Positions 49,338-59,155 of a stretch of 64,000 nt of DNA are shown here, in pieces. This DNA comes from an uncultured Bacteroidales bacterium (lineage in GTDB: Bacteria > Bacteroidota > Bacteroidia > Bacteroidales > VadinHA17). The position numbers were made by a program, and so were the translations under genes. Numbering within the stretch: the first letter of the stretch is position 1; each line of letters starts with the position of its first letter. The notes under the pieces are model-generated. The model did no database searches and was not told where the DNA came from. It saw nothing but the letters and a program-made list of their open reading frames with translations. Location of the stretch: NCBI GenBank assembly GCA_963736675.1, contig CAVTPT010000004.1:448815-512814 (forward strand), given 5' to 3'.

Positions 49338-49880
49338 TCACTCCCCGTTTTGCAGGCTGATCCACTTGCCATCCCTGAAAAGAATGGGCAGAGTGCTGCC
49401 CCCGGATAACATACCGAGGTTAAATTCCACATGAGGTAATCTCAGTAAATTACTGATATCCTTCTGATTATATTTATCAGGAGAATTCATTATTATTAAT
49501 AATCCCGGTTCAATAAAATGCGCGAGGGCAGGGGATTCACATACAACAGGGGTGCCCTGTTTTATGTGTTTCATTATTTCATCGAACGCTGCCTGAAGGT
49601 TGTTGTCAGCGACTTTTGCAAAAAATACATCCACAGCACCTGCCCTGAGCATCCTGGAGGTGTCTTTCGACAGTTCCTTATTGGTCTCCCTGTAAACAGA
49701 AAACCCCTTCTTTTCAGCAACCGGTACAAGACCCGGTGTTGTTTCGTGAAAATGAGGAGTGATCTTCACCGACACAATACCCATACTGCAAAACTGCTCA
49801 ATAAGCCTGCAGGCCATCGAGGTTTTGCCTGATTTGTTACCGGTTCCTGCAATAATCAGAAGATTCGGGATCATCGTCAT
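49338..49880 (-). CDS. P-loop NTPase, MobB-like (uncertain)
   Basis: Walker A GTGNKSGKTS at the N-terminus of a 180-aa protein. Family assignment is tentative. Confidence 0.5.
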   Translation of the reverse strand: MTMIPNLLIIAGTGNKSGKTSMACRLIEQFCSMGIVSVKITPHFHETTPGLVPVAEKKGFSVYRETNKELSKDTSRMLRAGAVDVFFAKVADNNLQAAFDEIMKHIKQGTPVVCESPALAHFIEPGLLIIMNSPDKYNQKDISNLLRLPHVEFNLGMLSGGSTLPILFRDGKWISLQNGE

Positions 49881-49921
49881 GGGAACACGGAGTCTTAAAT
49901 TATGCGCTCAGAATGAGACTG

Positions 49922-50458
49922 TTATTCCTTTGTAAGATCAATAATAAGTTGTACGATCTTCTGATTTTCAGTTTCAGGGATCTTGCCTTTGTAGATTGCC
50001 CTGCAGATCCTGTTCTTGTCGAGAATAATCACGCTGTAACTGTCGCGGGGAAGGCCCCATGACTCCTGGAGGGTGCCCTTGTAATCGAACAATATCGTCG
50101 TATCATATTTTTTTGCCTTATTTCCGGCGATCATCCTGATAAGTCCGTTCGGTTTCCAGGTCGACTTTGTATCAACGATACCGAACCCTTTGAAATAGTC
50201 CTTGTTAATGATCTTGTCAATATCAGTTGCTTTATCGATTGCATCATTGAAAGGATCGTTCAAATCCGACTCGTCGGGATCAACATAATTGATCTGTAGA
50301 ACTTTACCTGCCCATGAATCCATGGTGAAATCTTTTTTGTCAGCATCCGGGAATGTCCATTCGGGTGCTTTCATGCCAACTTCAAGCTTGCCAGTCTGGG
50401 CATTAGCTGAATTTAAGACAAGAATAATAAAGAAAAAGGTGAAGATCAGATTTTTCAT
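49922..50458 (-). CDS. secreted redoxin-fold protein lacking CxxC
   Basis: Signal peptide. The AhpC/TSA-like entry motif GMKAPEWTF.D...K.FT...W.GKVL is present, but INYVDPDES occupies the position where the active-site Cys motif would be. Confidence 0.45.
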   Translation of the reverse strand: MKNLIFTFFFIILVLNSANAQTGKLEVGMKAPEWTFPDADKKDFTMDSWAGKVLQINYVDPDESDLNDPFNDAIDKATDIDKIINKDYFKGFGIVDTKSTWKPNGLIRMIAGNKAKKYDTTILFDYKGTLQESWGLPRDSYSVIILDKNRICRAIYKGKIPETENQKIVQLIIDLTKE

Positions 50459-50573
50459 ATTGGAGATTTTTAAATTTAGCGAAATATAGGAATTTTTTGC
50501 TACAAATTAATTTTCAGGGTTTTTTACATTAATCCGCTCAACAATATTACTTTTGCAGGTCTTAATTATTCTT

Positions 50574-52355
50574 ATGCAGCTTATCAGAAATATAGCGATC
50601 ATTGCACACGTTGATCATGGTAAAACAACCCTGGTCGACAGGATTATTCAGGAATGCAAGGTCATGGACGAGAGGAAAGAAATCGGAGAGCTGATCCTCG
50701 ACAGCAATGATCTGGAGAAAGAGAGAGGTATAACCATTACCTCCAAGAACGTCTCAGTCAGTTATAAAGGTATTAAAATAAATATCATCGACACCCCGGG
50801 TCATGCTGATTTTGGGGGCGAAGTGGAGCGGGTCCTTAAGATGGCCGACGGTGTGCTGTTACTTGTCGATGCCTTTGAAGGTCCGATGCCCCAGACCAGG
50901 TTTGTCCTGGGGAAAGCAATAAACCTCGGACTAAAGCCTATAGTTGTGGTTAATAAGGTTGACAAGGATAACTGCCGGCCTGATGAGGTGCAACAGGATA
51001 TTTTCGAACTTATGTTCAACCTGGATGCATCGGACGAACAGCTCGACTTTGAAACAGTCTTCGGATCTTCAAAGTATGGATGGATGAGCAAGGATTGGAG
51101 GAAGCCTGCTGATGATATTAAAATACTTCTTGATACGATTCTTGAGCAGATACCCGAACCTGAGTATGTTGAAGGAACAGCCCAGATGCAGGTAGCCTCG
51201 CTGGACTATTCGAGTTATGTCGGCCGTATTGCCATCGGAAGGGTTTTCAGAGGAGAAATATTTGCAGGAAATGACTATACTCTTTGTAAAAAAGGAGGGG
51301 AGGTCAAAAAGGTAAAGGTCAAGGAGCTATATGTTTTTGAGGGTCTGGGAAGGATCAGAACCGAAAAGGTAAGATGCGGTGACTTGTGTGCCGTTATCGG
51401 GCTGGAGGATTTTGAGATAGGAGATACCCTTGCCGATTTGCTGGCACCCGAAGCCTTAACACGCATCGAGGTCGACGAACCGACAATGAGCATGGTGTTT
51501 ACAATCAACAATTCGCCGCTCTTTGGTAAAGAAGGAAAATTTGTGACATCAAGACACCTGAGAAACAGGCTATTAAGAGAAACTGAGAAGAACCTGGCAC
51601 TGAAAGTAGAAGAGACAAAATCGGAAGATACATTCAATGTCTACGGGAGGGGAATACTTCATCTCTCAATCCTCATCGAGACAATGAGACGCGAAGGATA
51701 TGAATTCCAGGTCGGGAAACCAAAGGTGATACTAAAGGAGGCAAATGGTGTCAAAACAGAACCATACGAAACTCTTTCTATTGATGTTCCTGCTGATGTG
51801 TCGGGGAAGGCAATTGAACTCGTAACGATGAGGAAGGGAGAGATGACTACCATCGAGCCCAAAGGCGACCTGGTGCACCTCGAATTCGACATTCCGGCCA
51901 GGAGCCTGATCGGACTCAGGAACAATATGCTTACAGCCACATCAGGAGAGGCTGTTATGCATCACAGGTTCAGAGGTTACGATAAATATAAAGGCGACGA
52001 TCTGATGCCAAAACAGACCGGATCCATAATATCGCTTGAACAGGGAATGGCAACCGGCTATGCAATTGACAGGCTTCAGGACAGGGGAAGATTTTATATC
52101 GATCCGGGAGAAAATGTCTACAAAGGCCAGGTGATAGGGGAGTACACCCGTCCGGGAGATATTGAAGTCAACGTAGTAAAAGGCAAAAAACTGACTAACA
52201 TGAGGGCTTCAGGCTCGGATGAGAGTCTCAAAATAGCCCCGAAGTTAAAATTCTCACTTGAGGAGTCGATGGAACAGATCAAGGATGATGAATATCTTGA
52301 AATTACCCCTTTGAATCTGAGAATGAGGAAGATACCTGTTCAGAGAAACTTTTGA
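50574..52355 (+). CDS. typA: translational GTPase TypA/BipA
   Basis: IRNIAIIAHVDHGKTTLVD, DTPGHADFGGEVER and NKVD motifs, about 600 aa. ATG at 50574 preferred over the listed TTG at 50553. Confidence 0.95.
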   Translation: MQLIRNIAIIAHVDHGKTTLVDRIIQECKVMDERKEIGELILDSNDLEKERGITITSKNVSVSYKGIKINIIDTPGHADFGGEVERVLKMADGVLLLVDAFEGPMPQTRFVLGKAINLGLKPIVVVNKVDKDNCRPDEVQQDIFELMFNLDASDEQLDFETVFGSSKYGWMSKDWRKPADDIKILLDTILEQIPEPEYVEGTAQMQVASLDYSSYVGRIAIGRVFRGEIFAGNDYTLCKKGGEVKKVKVKELYVFEGLGRIRTEKVRCGDLCAVIGLEDFEIGDTLADLLAPEALTRIEVDEPTMSMVFTINNSPLFGKEGKFVTSRHLRNRLLRETEKNLALKVEETKSEDTFNVYGRGILHLSILIETMRREGYEFQVGKPKVILKEANGVKTEPYETLSIDVPADVSGKAIELVTMRKGEMTTIEPKGDLVHLEFDIPARSLIGLRNNMLTATSGEAVMHHRFRGYDKYKGDDLMPKQTGSIISLEQGMATGYAIDRLQDRGRFYIDPGENVYKGQVIGEYTRPGDIEVNVVKGKKLTNMRASGSDESLKIAPKLKFSLEESMEQIKDDEYLEITPLNLRMRKIPVQRNF

Positions 52356-52418
52356 TTCACTATCCTCCGCAGCAGATCCGGACCGGGCTTATCATCATCC
52401 GGAAAGTACTCCTCTTAA

Positions 52419-53084
52419 CTAATATTCGTTCAGAAAATAATTAAGAGGCTTCATTATCCTCGATGCTTCTATAATCAGATCAAATGCATCTTTGCTTAAG
52501 ATCCCGCTGTCGGATATCATTTTCGTGACCAGAAAGCTTTTCATCTTAAGTAAATCAATATATGGATGCCCGTTGGTAAAACCCCTGGGAGCACTTTTCA
52601 GTTTTTCACCCTCGATATTTCCGTAAAAATTCACAAACTCCTTATCGTTCAGAATTCTCATAAGCCTGTCACCCTGTTCATCAATTTTTTCCCTGATGGC
52701 GGTCAGCCACGGCATCGGGGGAATATATGCACCTCCGGCTATCATACTGTTATTTTCAGGCTCGACATGCACGTAATACCCGGCATACCTGTCGCCAAAT
52801 TTTTTTCCGCCTTTTACAATGAAGGCACCCAGGTGGGTTTTGTAAAGTGTCTTGTCATTGGTGAACCGGATATCGCGGTTTATTCTGTACGTGCAGCTTT
52901 GAACACCAAGTCCCCTGATATCAGGATCAAAAGCAGATATCCTGTCAATAACTGCCTGAACAAATAATTCGTAGTTTTTCCTGGCCGACTCATACCTGCT
53001 GCGGTTTTTTGAAAACCATTCCCTGTCGTTGTTAAGTTTAAGGTCGGACAGAAATTCGAGCGTGGATTTATCTATCTGGATCAT
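52419..53084 (-). CDS. DUF2461-family protein
   Basis: LEFLSDLKLNNDREWF...YRINRDIRF pattern is typical of the TIGR02453/DUF2461 family. Confidence 0.7.
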   Translation of the reverse strand: MIQIDKSTLEFLSDLKLNNDREWFSKNRSRYESARKNYELFVQAVIDRISAFDPDIRGLGVQSCTYRINRDIRFTNDKTLYKTHLGAFIVKGGKKFGDRYAGYYVHVEPENNSMIAGGAYIPPMPWLTAIREKIDEQGDRLMRILNDKEFVNFYGNIEGEKLKSAPRGFTNGHPYIDLLKMKSFLVTKMISDSGILSKDAFDLIIEASRIMKPLNYFLNEY

Positions 53085-53240
53085 AATATCTTGTTTTCTG
53101 AGTTGTTTTAAGGCATTAGCCCGGATGAATATAAGAAAATTCAGATTATTGAAAGAAACAATGTAAATTTTTGTTCGGGGAGTCTGGTATTTGCCCGAAA
53201 AAATCCGATTTTTACATTATCCTTACCAAAAAATGAAATT

Positions 53241-54596
53241 ATGACCGGGAAAAGAATTCTTTCAGCTTTTGCGCTCATTCTGGGCGCTGCAGTTATTGGA
53301 GCTGCGATTTATCTTAATTCGCTGCTTCCGATAATTACCGGGTATGCTGCAAAAAATCTTTGTTCAGATGTTTTTGTATCCGGGAGGGATCCTGAAAGTG
53401 TGGAAAATACTGACCTTAACTTTTCATTTATAAAGTTTACCACTAACAAGGTAAATTTTGCTGAAAAAAGTGTTGAAAGCCGCTTCCTGTGGGGCAAATC
53501 GAAAGCTATTTACCGCGAGGGCTTTGGAGCCACACTTCTGAGGGATACACCCGAAGAGGAACTGCGTGATATTAAGTTCCCTGAGACTGATGAACCCGGA
53601 TATTCAAGAGATACTATTCCCTGGCCAATGGGAGACATTCTGCCGGATAGTATTTCGACCGGTATCGATAAGCAAGCCCTTGAAGAGATATCCAAAAAGA
53701 TGATGAGCGAAAACGGGTATAACGGAAATGCATTTGCCTTCCTTGTTCTTCATAAAGGCATTCCTGTTGTTGAAACTTATAAGCCCGGATTTAACATGGA
53801 AACCAGATTCCTGAGCTGGTCGATGGCAAAAAGCTTCGTCAATGCAATGATAGGAATAATGGTAAGGGACGGTAAAACAGATATTTACGCGAAAACCGGA
53901 CTTGAAGAGTGGGAGGGGGATGAGAGGAAAAATATTACTCTCAATGATCTTATGCAGATGCAGAGCGGACTGAAATGGAACGAAGATTACGGCAACAGAT
54001 CCGACGTAACGGTAATGCTTCACTGTGAGAGTGATATGAGCCGGTTTGCCCTTGAACAGCCCATGGAATATCCTGCCGGAACAAAGTGGTACTATTCATC
54101 CGGAACAACAAATATTGTCAGTTATATCCTTAGAAAAAAGTTTGATAGCGATACGCAATATTATCAATTTATTCATAATGAGCTTTTTAACAAGACAGGT
54201 ATCAGAAATGCCGTTCTTGAGGTCGATCCGGAAGGTACATTGATCGGATCGTCCTACCTGTATCTTACTGCCAGGGATTATGCACGATTTGCATTACTGT
54301 ACCAGAATGACGGTGTTTTTAACGGAGAAAGGATCTTACCCGTGGGTTGGGTTGATTATTCCAGGACCCCGGCTTCGGCCAGTAACGGTGAATATGGATC
54401 TTTCTTCTGGCTTAACAGGGGAAAAAGCCTGCCTTCGGCACCGGAAGATATGTATATGTGTGTGGGACACGACGGACAAAGGATATTTCTGCTTCCGGAC
54501 GAAGAGCTGATAATAGTAATACTTGGATATTCTCCGACATCCAACGGGGGAATGGATTTTGACACTATTATTAAAGATATCCTTGATACTTTATAA
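53241..54596 (+). CDS. serine hydrolase (beta-lactamase/transpeptidase-like), membrane-anchored
   Basis: N-terminal TM. SxxK motif SWSMAKSF and a YSSGTT (YxN-like) region. Confidence 0.75.
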   Translation: MTGKRILSAFALILGAAVIGAAIYLNSLLPIITGYAAKNLCSDVFVSGRDPESVENTDLNFSFIKFTTNKVNFAEKSVESRFLWGKSKAIYREGFGATLLRDTPEEELRDIKFPETDEPGYSRDTIPWPMGDILPDSISTGIDKQALEEISKKMMSENGYNGNAFAFLVLHKGIPVVETYKPGFNMETRFLSWSMAKSFVNAMIGIMVRDGKTDIYAKTGLEEWEGDERKNITLNDLMQMQSGLKWNEDYGNRSDVTVMLHCESDMSRFALEQPMEYPAGTKWYYSSGTTNIVSYILRKKFDSDTQYYQFIHNELFNKTGIRNAVLEVDPEGTLIGSSYLYLTARDYARFALLYQNDGVFNGERILPVGWVDYSRTPASASNGEYGSFFWLNRGKSLPSAPEDMYMCVGHDGQRIFLLPDEELIIVILGYSPTSNGGMDFDTIIKDILDTL

Positions 54597-54665
54597 GGAA
54601 TATTTTGTTTTTTATTATACAAAATATCAGTTTGTTATGAATAATTTACCAAATATATAAGAACT

Positions 54666-56303
54666 ATGAATGAGCAATATTCGGTTAGTCCGGGCGGGGA
54701 AAAATTCCCTTTGCCAAAGCCTGAGGATTACAAAAATGAATTTAAGAACCTGAAAGAAAGAGTTGATCAGGAGAGAACCAAAAACCGCGAGATTGTTGTT
54801 GTCATGGGTGTGGGATTTGTCGGCGCCGTGATGGCTGCGATAGTAGCCGATACTGTTGATGCGGATGGTCAGCCCTCTAAATTTGTAATTGGTATGCAGC
54901 GTCCGAGTGTACGAAGCTACTGGAAGATCCCGATGTTGAACAGGGGGACGTCGCCTGTTAAGGCAGAAGATCCGGAAGTCGATCCCATGATTGCACGGTG
55001 TGTTATTGAAAAGAAGACACTGATAGCCACCTATACATACGATGTGCTTAAGCTGGCTGATGTTGTTGTGGTTGATGTTCAGTGCGATTATATAAAGGAG
55101 GATCTTGGGAATGTGAGGAATGGCCAGGCTGACATGGAAGCACTGGAAGCTTCGTTGCATGTGATTGCTGAGCATATTATGCCCGAAGCCCTGGTTCTTA
55201 TCGAGACAACTGTGGCTCCGGGTACTACCGAACAGGTTGCATATCCGATAATGAAAAAAGTTTTCAGAAGCAGGGGTATTGAATCAGATCCGCTGCTCGC
55301 TCACAGCTATGAGAGAGTGATGCCGGGACGTAACTATGTTGCCAGTATCCGTGATTTCTGGAGAGTATGCAGCGGGATAAATGAGGAGGCTAAGAACCGG
55401 GTGGTAAAATTCCTTAATGAAGTACTTAATACTGACAAGTATCCGCTGACAGTGATGGACAGGCCGATTGAATCGGAGACTGCCAAAATAGTCGAAAACA
55501 GTTACCGGGCTACTATCCTTGCATTTCTGGATGAATGGAGCCTCTATGCAGAACGAAATGGAGTCGACCTTATAAAAGTCATAAAAGCAATTAAAGTCAG
55601 ACCCACACACAGCAATATTATTTTCCCGGGACCGGGAGTCGGAGGATACTGTCTTCCGAAAGATGGCGGCCTTGGCGTTTGGGCATATAAGCATATACTT
55701 GGTTTTGAGGATGATATTTTCAAGATAACACCTCTGGCAATTGATATAAATGACACCCGTGGTCTGCATGTCGGACAGCTTGTAAGAGATGCGCTTCGCA
55801 ACATGGGAAGACCGATTGCAGCTGCCGATGTACTGGTTCTTGGCGCTGCTTACAGAGAAGATGTGGGCGATACACGGTACAGCGGTTCTGAAATTGTCAT
55901 CAGGAAACTTGCCGAGATGGGCGCCGAAATAAAAGTCCATGATCCTTATGTTGAACATTGGTGGGAATTTGAGCAGCAGGACACTTATCCGGCAGCCGGT
56001 GAGAGTAAATCGAGATTTTTCCGTAACCAGGAGAAGTTGCAGGAGATAAGAATTGAACCGGATCTTGATAAGGCTCTTTACGATGCAGATGCCGTGGTAC
56101 TTGCCGTTCCTCACAAAATTTACCTGGATCTGAATCCTGATGAGGTTCTGAAATCAATCGGCAAACCGGCGGCAATAATAGATTGTTTTGGAATTCTGTC
56201 TGACGATAAGATCAGGCGCTATTTTCAGCTGGGTTGTGAAGTAAAAGGTCTCGGACGGGGACATATTCAGAGGATAAAGGAAGAGATACGGCATATTTCC
56301 TGA
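54666..56303 (+). CDS. nucleotide-sugar dehydrogenase (UDP-glucose/GDP-mannose dehydrogenase family), long form
   Basis: Rossmann VVVMGVGFVGAVMA. Catalytic-Cys context GPGVGGYCLPKD. C-terminal UDPG_MGDP_dh_C-like region (VLGAAYREDVGDTRYS). At 545 aa it is longer than the usual family members. Confidence 0.85.
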   Translation: MNEQYSVSPGGEKFPLPKPEDYKNEFKNLKERVDQERTKNREIVVVMGVGFVGAVMAAIVADTVDADGQPSKFVIGMQRPSVRSYWKIPMLNRGTSPVKAEDPEVDPMIARCVIEKKTLIATYTYDVLKLADVVVVDVQCDYIKEDLGNVRNGQADMEALEASLHVIAEHIMPEALVLIETTVAPGTTEQVAYPIMKKVFRSRGIESDPLLAHSYERVMPGRNYVASIRDFWRVCSGINEEAKNRVVKFLNEVLNTDKYPLTVMDRPIESETAKIVENSYRATILAFLDEWSLYAERNGVDLIKVIKAIKVRPTHSNIIFPGPGVGGYCLPKDGGLGVWAYKHILGFEDDIFKITPLAIDINDTRGLHVGQLVRDALRNMGRPIAAADVLVLGAAYREDVGDTRYSGSEIVIRKLAEMGAEIKVHDPYVEHWWEFEQQDTYPAAGESKSRFFRNQEKLQEIRIEPDLDKALYDADAVVLAVPHKIYLDLNPDEVLKSIGKPAAIIDCFGILSDDKIRRYFQLGCEVKGLGRGHIQRIKEEIRHIS

Positions 56304-56310
56304 GAATAAC

Positions 56311-56900
56311 TCAATTAGCCGCAAATTCCTTTGACATAAAATCGTGCCGATATAGGTCTGTTACACAGACACTATATCTGATTTTATGTCAATCAGCAGA
56401 GCTGAGCGGAATTTACTGGAAAAGCAATTCAATTAGTCGCAAATTCCTTTGACATAAAATCGTGCCGATATAGGTCTGTTACACAGACACTATATCTGAT
56501 TTTATGTCAATCAGCAAAGCTGAGCGGAATTTGCTGGGAAAGCAATTCAATTAGTCGCAAATTCCTTTGACATAAAATCGTTGCCGATATAGGTCTGTTA
56601 CACAGACACTATATCTTATTTTATGTCAATCAGCGGAGCTGAGCGGAATTTGCCGGGAAAGCAATTCAATTAGCCGCAAATTCCTTTGACATAAAATCGT
56701 GCCGATATAGGTCTGTTACACAGACACTATATCTGATTTTATGTCAATCAGCAGAGCTGAGCGGAATTTGCTGGGGAAAGCAATTCAATTAGCCGCAAAT
56801 TCCTTTGACATAAAATCGTTGCCGATATAGGTCTGTTACACAGACACTATATCTGATTTTATGTCAATCAGCGGAGCTGAACGGAATTTGCTGGAAAAAC
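56311..56900. repeat. five tandem 118/119-bp units, each an extended imperfect palindrome
   Basis: Units start at 56311, 56429, 56547, 56666 and 56785 (TCAATTAG landmark), with only about 7 variable positions per unit. No ORF of 60 aa or more on either strand between 56304 and 57012. Confidence 0.9.
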
Positions 56901-57012
56901 CCTATAATTAATATTATGTCAAATAGAAAATTTTTAGGTTATTATCAGAAGTAAATATGACCGGAAGTTACACTGCCCTATCGGGGATAAATTGAAAACT
57001 GACGGATTCCTG

Positions 57013-57813
57013 TTATTGATTAAGGAAATACCCTATTTCGTCGGAGTTTGTCACATCGAGCATCGGCAGACTTGGCAAAACCAGAAGATCCATATCAGCA
57101 TTTTCAATTGCTGCATGAACTGATGTTCTGATAAATTTATATCCGTTCCGGAGTGCAGCCGCTTTAATATCTTCATCTCCTGCTCCATCTCCATAAGGTA
57201 AAGCAAGGACTGAAACCGGTACCGGTGAATGTAAATCAATAATTGCTTTTGATTCCCTCAGCTCATAATCAAGAAATGAATTATACTCTGTCTCGCTGCT
57301 GAAGCTGGTCCTGCTGGCATAAAGGTACGGATGCGAGAAAGTATGGGATCCGAATTTGAAAGGGTTAATTCCTCCAGGTAATGTATAGTAGCTCATATCC
57401 TCAATTTCCTGCCAGCTTAGGAATGAATTCTGCCCGATCTTATAGGTCCAGAGAAAAAATGTAGCTCTGTATTTAAACTCAAGCAACAAAGGTTTTGCCT
57501 GGGTATACCAGGAATGGTCACCATCGTCGAAGGTAATTATTGCGCTGTTACCAGGAGGCATCTTACCTGAAACCGAAATTTCTTCAAGATCATTGAAATC
57601 AATTACATTAATATTATTCCTTTTCAGATATTCCATATCTTCCCTGAAATCAGTCACGCTGCGTTCATATGTATTCCCTGCCTCTCCGGTTGTCAGCCGG
57701 TGATACATAAGAATAATGATCTTCCCCGGAGGTTCAGGAGTTATTTTCTCCTTTTCTGTACAGCCATATACCAGTAATGTAAAGAATATCAGATATATAA
57801 GGAGAAGTCTCAT
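57013..57813 (-). CDS. polysaccharide deacetylase-family lipoprotein
   Basis: Lipobox LLVYGC. NodB-like motifs (ITFDDGD, SHTFSHP). Confidence 0.8.
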   Translation of the reverse strand: MRLLLIYLIFFTLLVYGCTEKEKITPEPPGKIIILMYHRLTTGEAGNTYERSVTDFREDMEYLKRNNINVIDFNDLEEISVSGKMPPGNSAIITFDDGDHSWYTQAKPLLLEFKYRATFFLWTYKIGQNSFLSWQEIEDMSYYTLPGGINPFKFGSHTFSHPYLYASRTSFSSETEYNSFLDYELRESKAIIDLHSPVPVSVLALPYGDGAGDEDIKAAALRNGYKFIRTSVHAAIENADMDLLVLPSLPMLDVTNSDEIGYFLNQ

Positions 57814-57848
57814 GATAAATGGAATAAATCTTCAGGTTTAAAATAAAA

Positions 57849-57876
57849 AACTCTTCCCGTATTTTCAGGAAGAGTT
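57849..57876 (-). terminator. terminator after the TPR gene
   Basis: 9-bp stem AACTCTTCC / GGAAGAGTT with a 10-nt loop, flanked by A/T runs. Confidence 0.6.
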
Positions 57877-57928
57877 TTTTTGTTTATTGTCAGGATCATA
57901 ATTTTATAAAGTGACCCCCTGTCGTTTA

Positions 57929-59092
57929 CTATTGTCCCTGATCCAGTTTGTCGAGTTTTTCTTTAACCGCATTGTATTTGTCGGTCATTTTAAGTCTGTA
58001 GTAGAGTTCCCTCAGGCTTCTCATTGTATCAATATCGTCGGGTTTAATCTGATCAGCTTTTTCCATGTAAGGGAGTGCTTTTGCGAAGATGAGCATTGCT
58101 TCATCGATTGCAGCACTATACTTATTAACATCCATGATATCATTAGCCTTTGTAAACATTTCTGAAGCTTTGTTTATATAGGCTGCTCCAACTCCGTATT
58201 GTGTTTCAAATACATCGGGATTAAGCTGAACTGATTTCTCAAGGCTGACAATAGCTTCGTCGTATTTAAGCTGGTTAAGGAAAATTATACCTTCAGCAAA
58301 ATAGAGGCTGAAATTTGACGGATCGGAAGTTTTTGCTTCTCCAAGTAGTCTCAGTGCTTCATCATTCTTCCCGCTCTTTATATAAAGGTCTATAAGATTG
58401 AGTTTTACATTTTTGTTACCCGGGAATTTACCTTCAAGTCCGGTAAGAACAGACTCAGCCTTAACGGTATCTCCCAGTGCAAGGTAAGCTTCGCTTATCT
58501 GGAAATATGGGGTAACACCTTCATATTTCAACTCGGCGCATTTTTCAAAAAATCTGATAGCTTCCTGATGTTTACCGGCGTTCACTGCAGCAAGACCTGC
58601 GTTATAATACATACCCGTATCAATGGTCCCTGCATAATTATCACTTTCAGTGATTGTAATCTGTGTCTCAAATGACTTAAGAGCTCCACTATAATCTTTT
58701 ACTGTAAATTGAGCACTTCCCTGGTTATAAAGATCGAGGGCAAGAGAATTATAGATCATGTTGGTAATGATTCTCTTTTTCATACCCCCTTTTGTATCGA
58801 GTTCCATTGCTTTCTGGTATGATGCATAAGCTTCACTCAGAGGATCGGCACAAAGAGATTTATAAGCCTGATTTTCTGATTCAAAAACAGCCTGGCATAA
58901 TCTTCCCTTAGCGAAATAAGTATTGAACCAATCTTTCGATTTTTCATTAACCATGGCTTCATCAATCGCTTCCTTGGCTTTATCCAGAATACCCTGATCG
59001 ATCAGACTAAGTGCACTCGTTACTTTTCCCTTCTGGGACATAGCCGATAATGAGATACTAACAGCTGCAAATAGCAGTAATAATTTTTTCAT
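57929..59092 (-). CDS. secreted TPR-repeat protein
   Basis: Signal peptide and repeated TPR-like units (A...Y..A...DP, YYNAGLAAVNAGKHQEAI). Confidence 0.75.
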   Translation of the reverse strand: MKKLLLLFAAVSISLSAMSQKGKVTSALSLIDQGILDKAKEAIDEAMVNEKSKDWFNTYFAKGRLCQAVFESENQAYKSLCADPLSEAYASYQKAMELDTKGGMKKRIITNMIYNSLALDLYNQGSAQFTVKDYSGALKSFETQITITESDNYAGTIDTGMYYNAGLAAVNAGKHQEAIRFFEKCAELKYEGVTPYFQISEAYLALGDTVKAESVLTGLEGKFPGNKNVKLNLIDLYIKSGKNDEALRLLGEAKTSDPSNFSLYFAEGIIFLNQLKYDEAIVSLEKSVQLNPDVFETQYGVGAAYINKASEMFTKANDIMDVNKYSAAIDEAMLIFAKALPYMEKADQIKPDDIDTMRSLRELYYRLKMTDKYNAVKEKLDKLDQGQ

Positions 59093-59155
59093 GATTATAA
59101 CTTTAATTTGTTTTAATTACGGTTTAAAAATTTCCCAAATTTATAATATTACTTA

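Noticed and set aside
54627-56114. Long - strand ORFs (182 and 276 aa) antisense to the nucleotide-sugar dehydrogenase gene
   Set aside because: The translations are low-complexity and lack motifs. The + strand frame has clear family motifs across the same span.
56311-56900. CRISPR array or type III toxin-antitoxin RNA repeat array
   Set aside because: The whole 118/119-bp unit repeats and there are no unique spacers, so it is not a CRISPR array. Known ToxI-like antitoxin repeats are about 34-36 nt and sit directly upstream of a toxin ORF. Here there is no downstream co-oriented ORF and no cas or toxN-like gene in the window.
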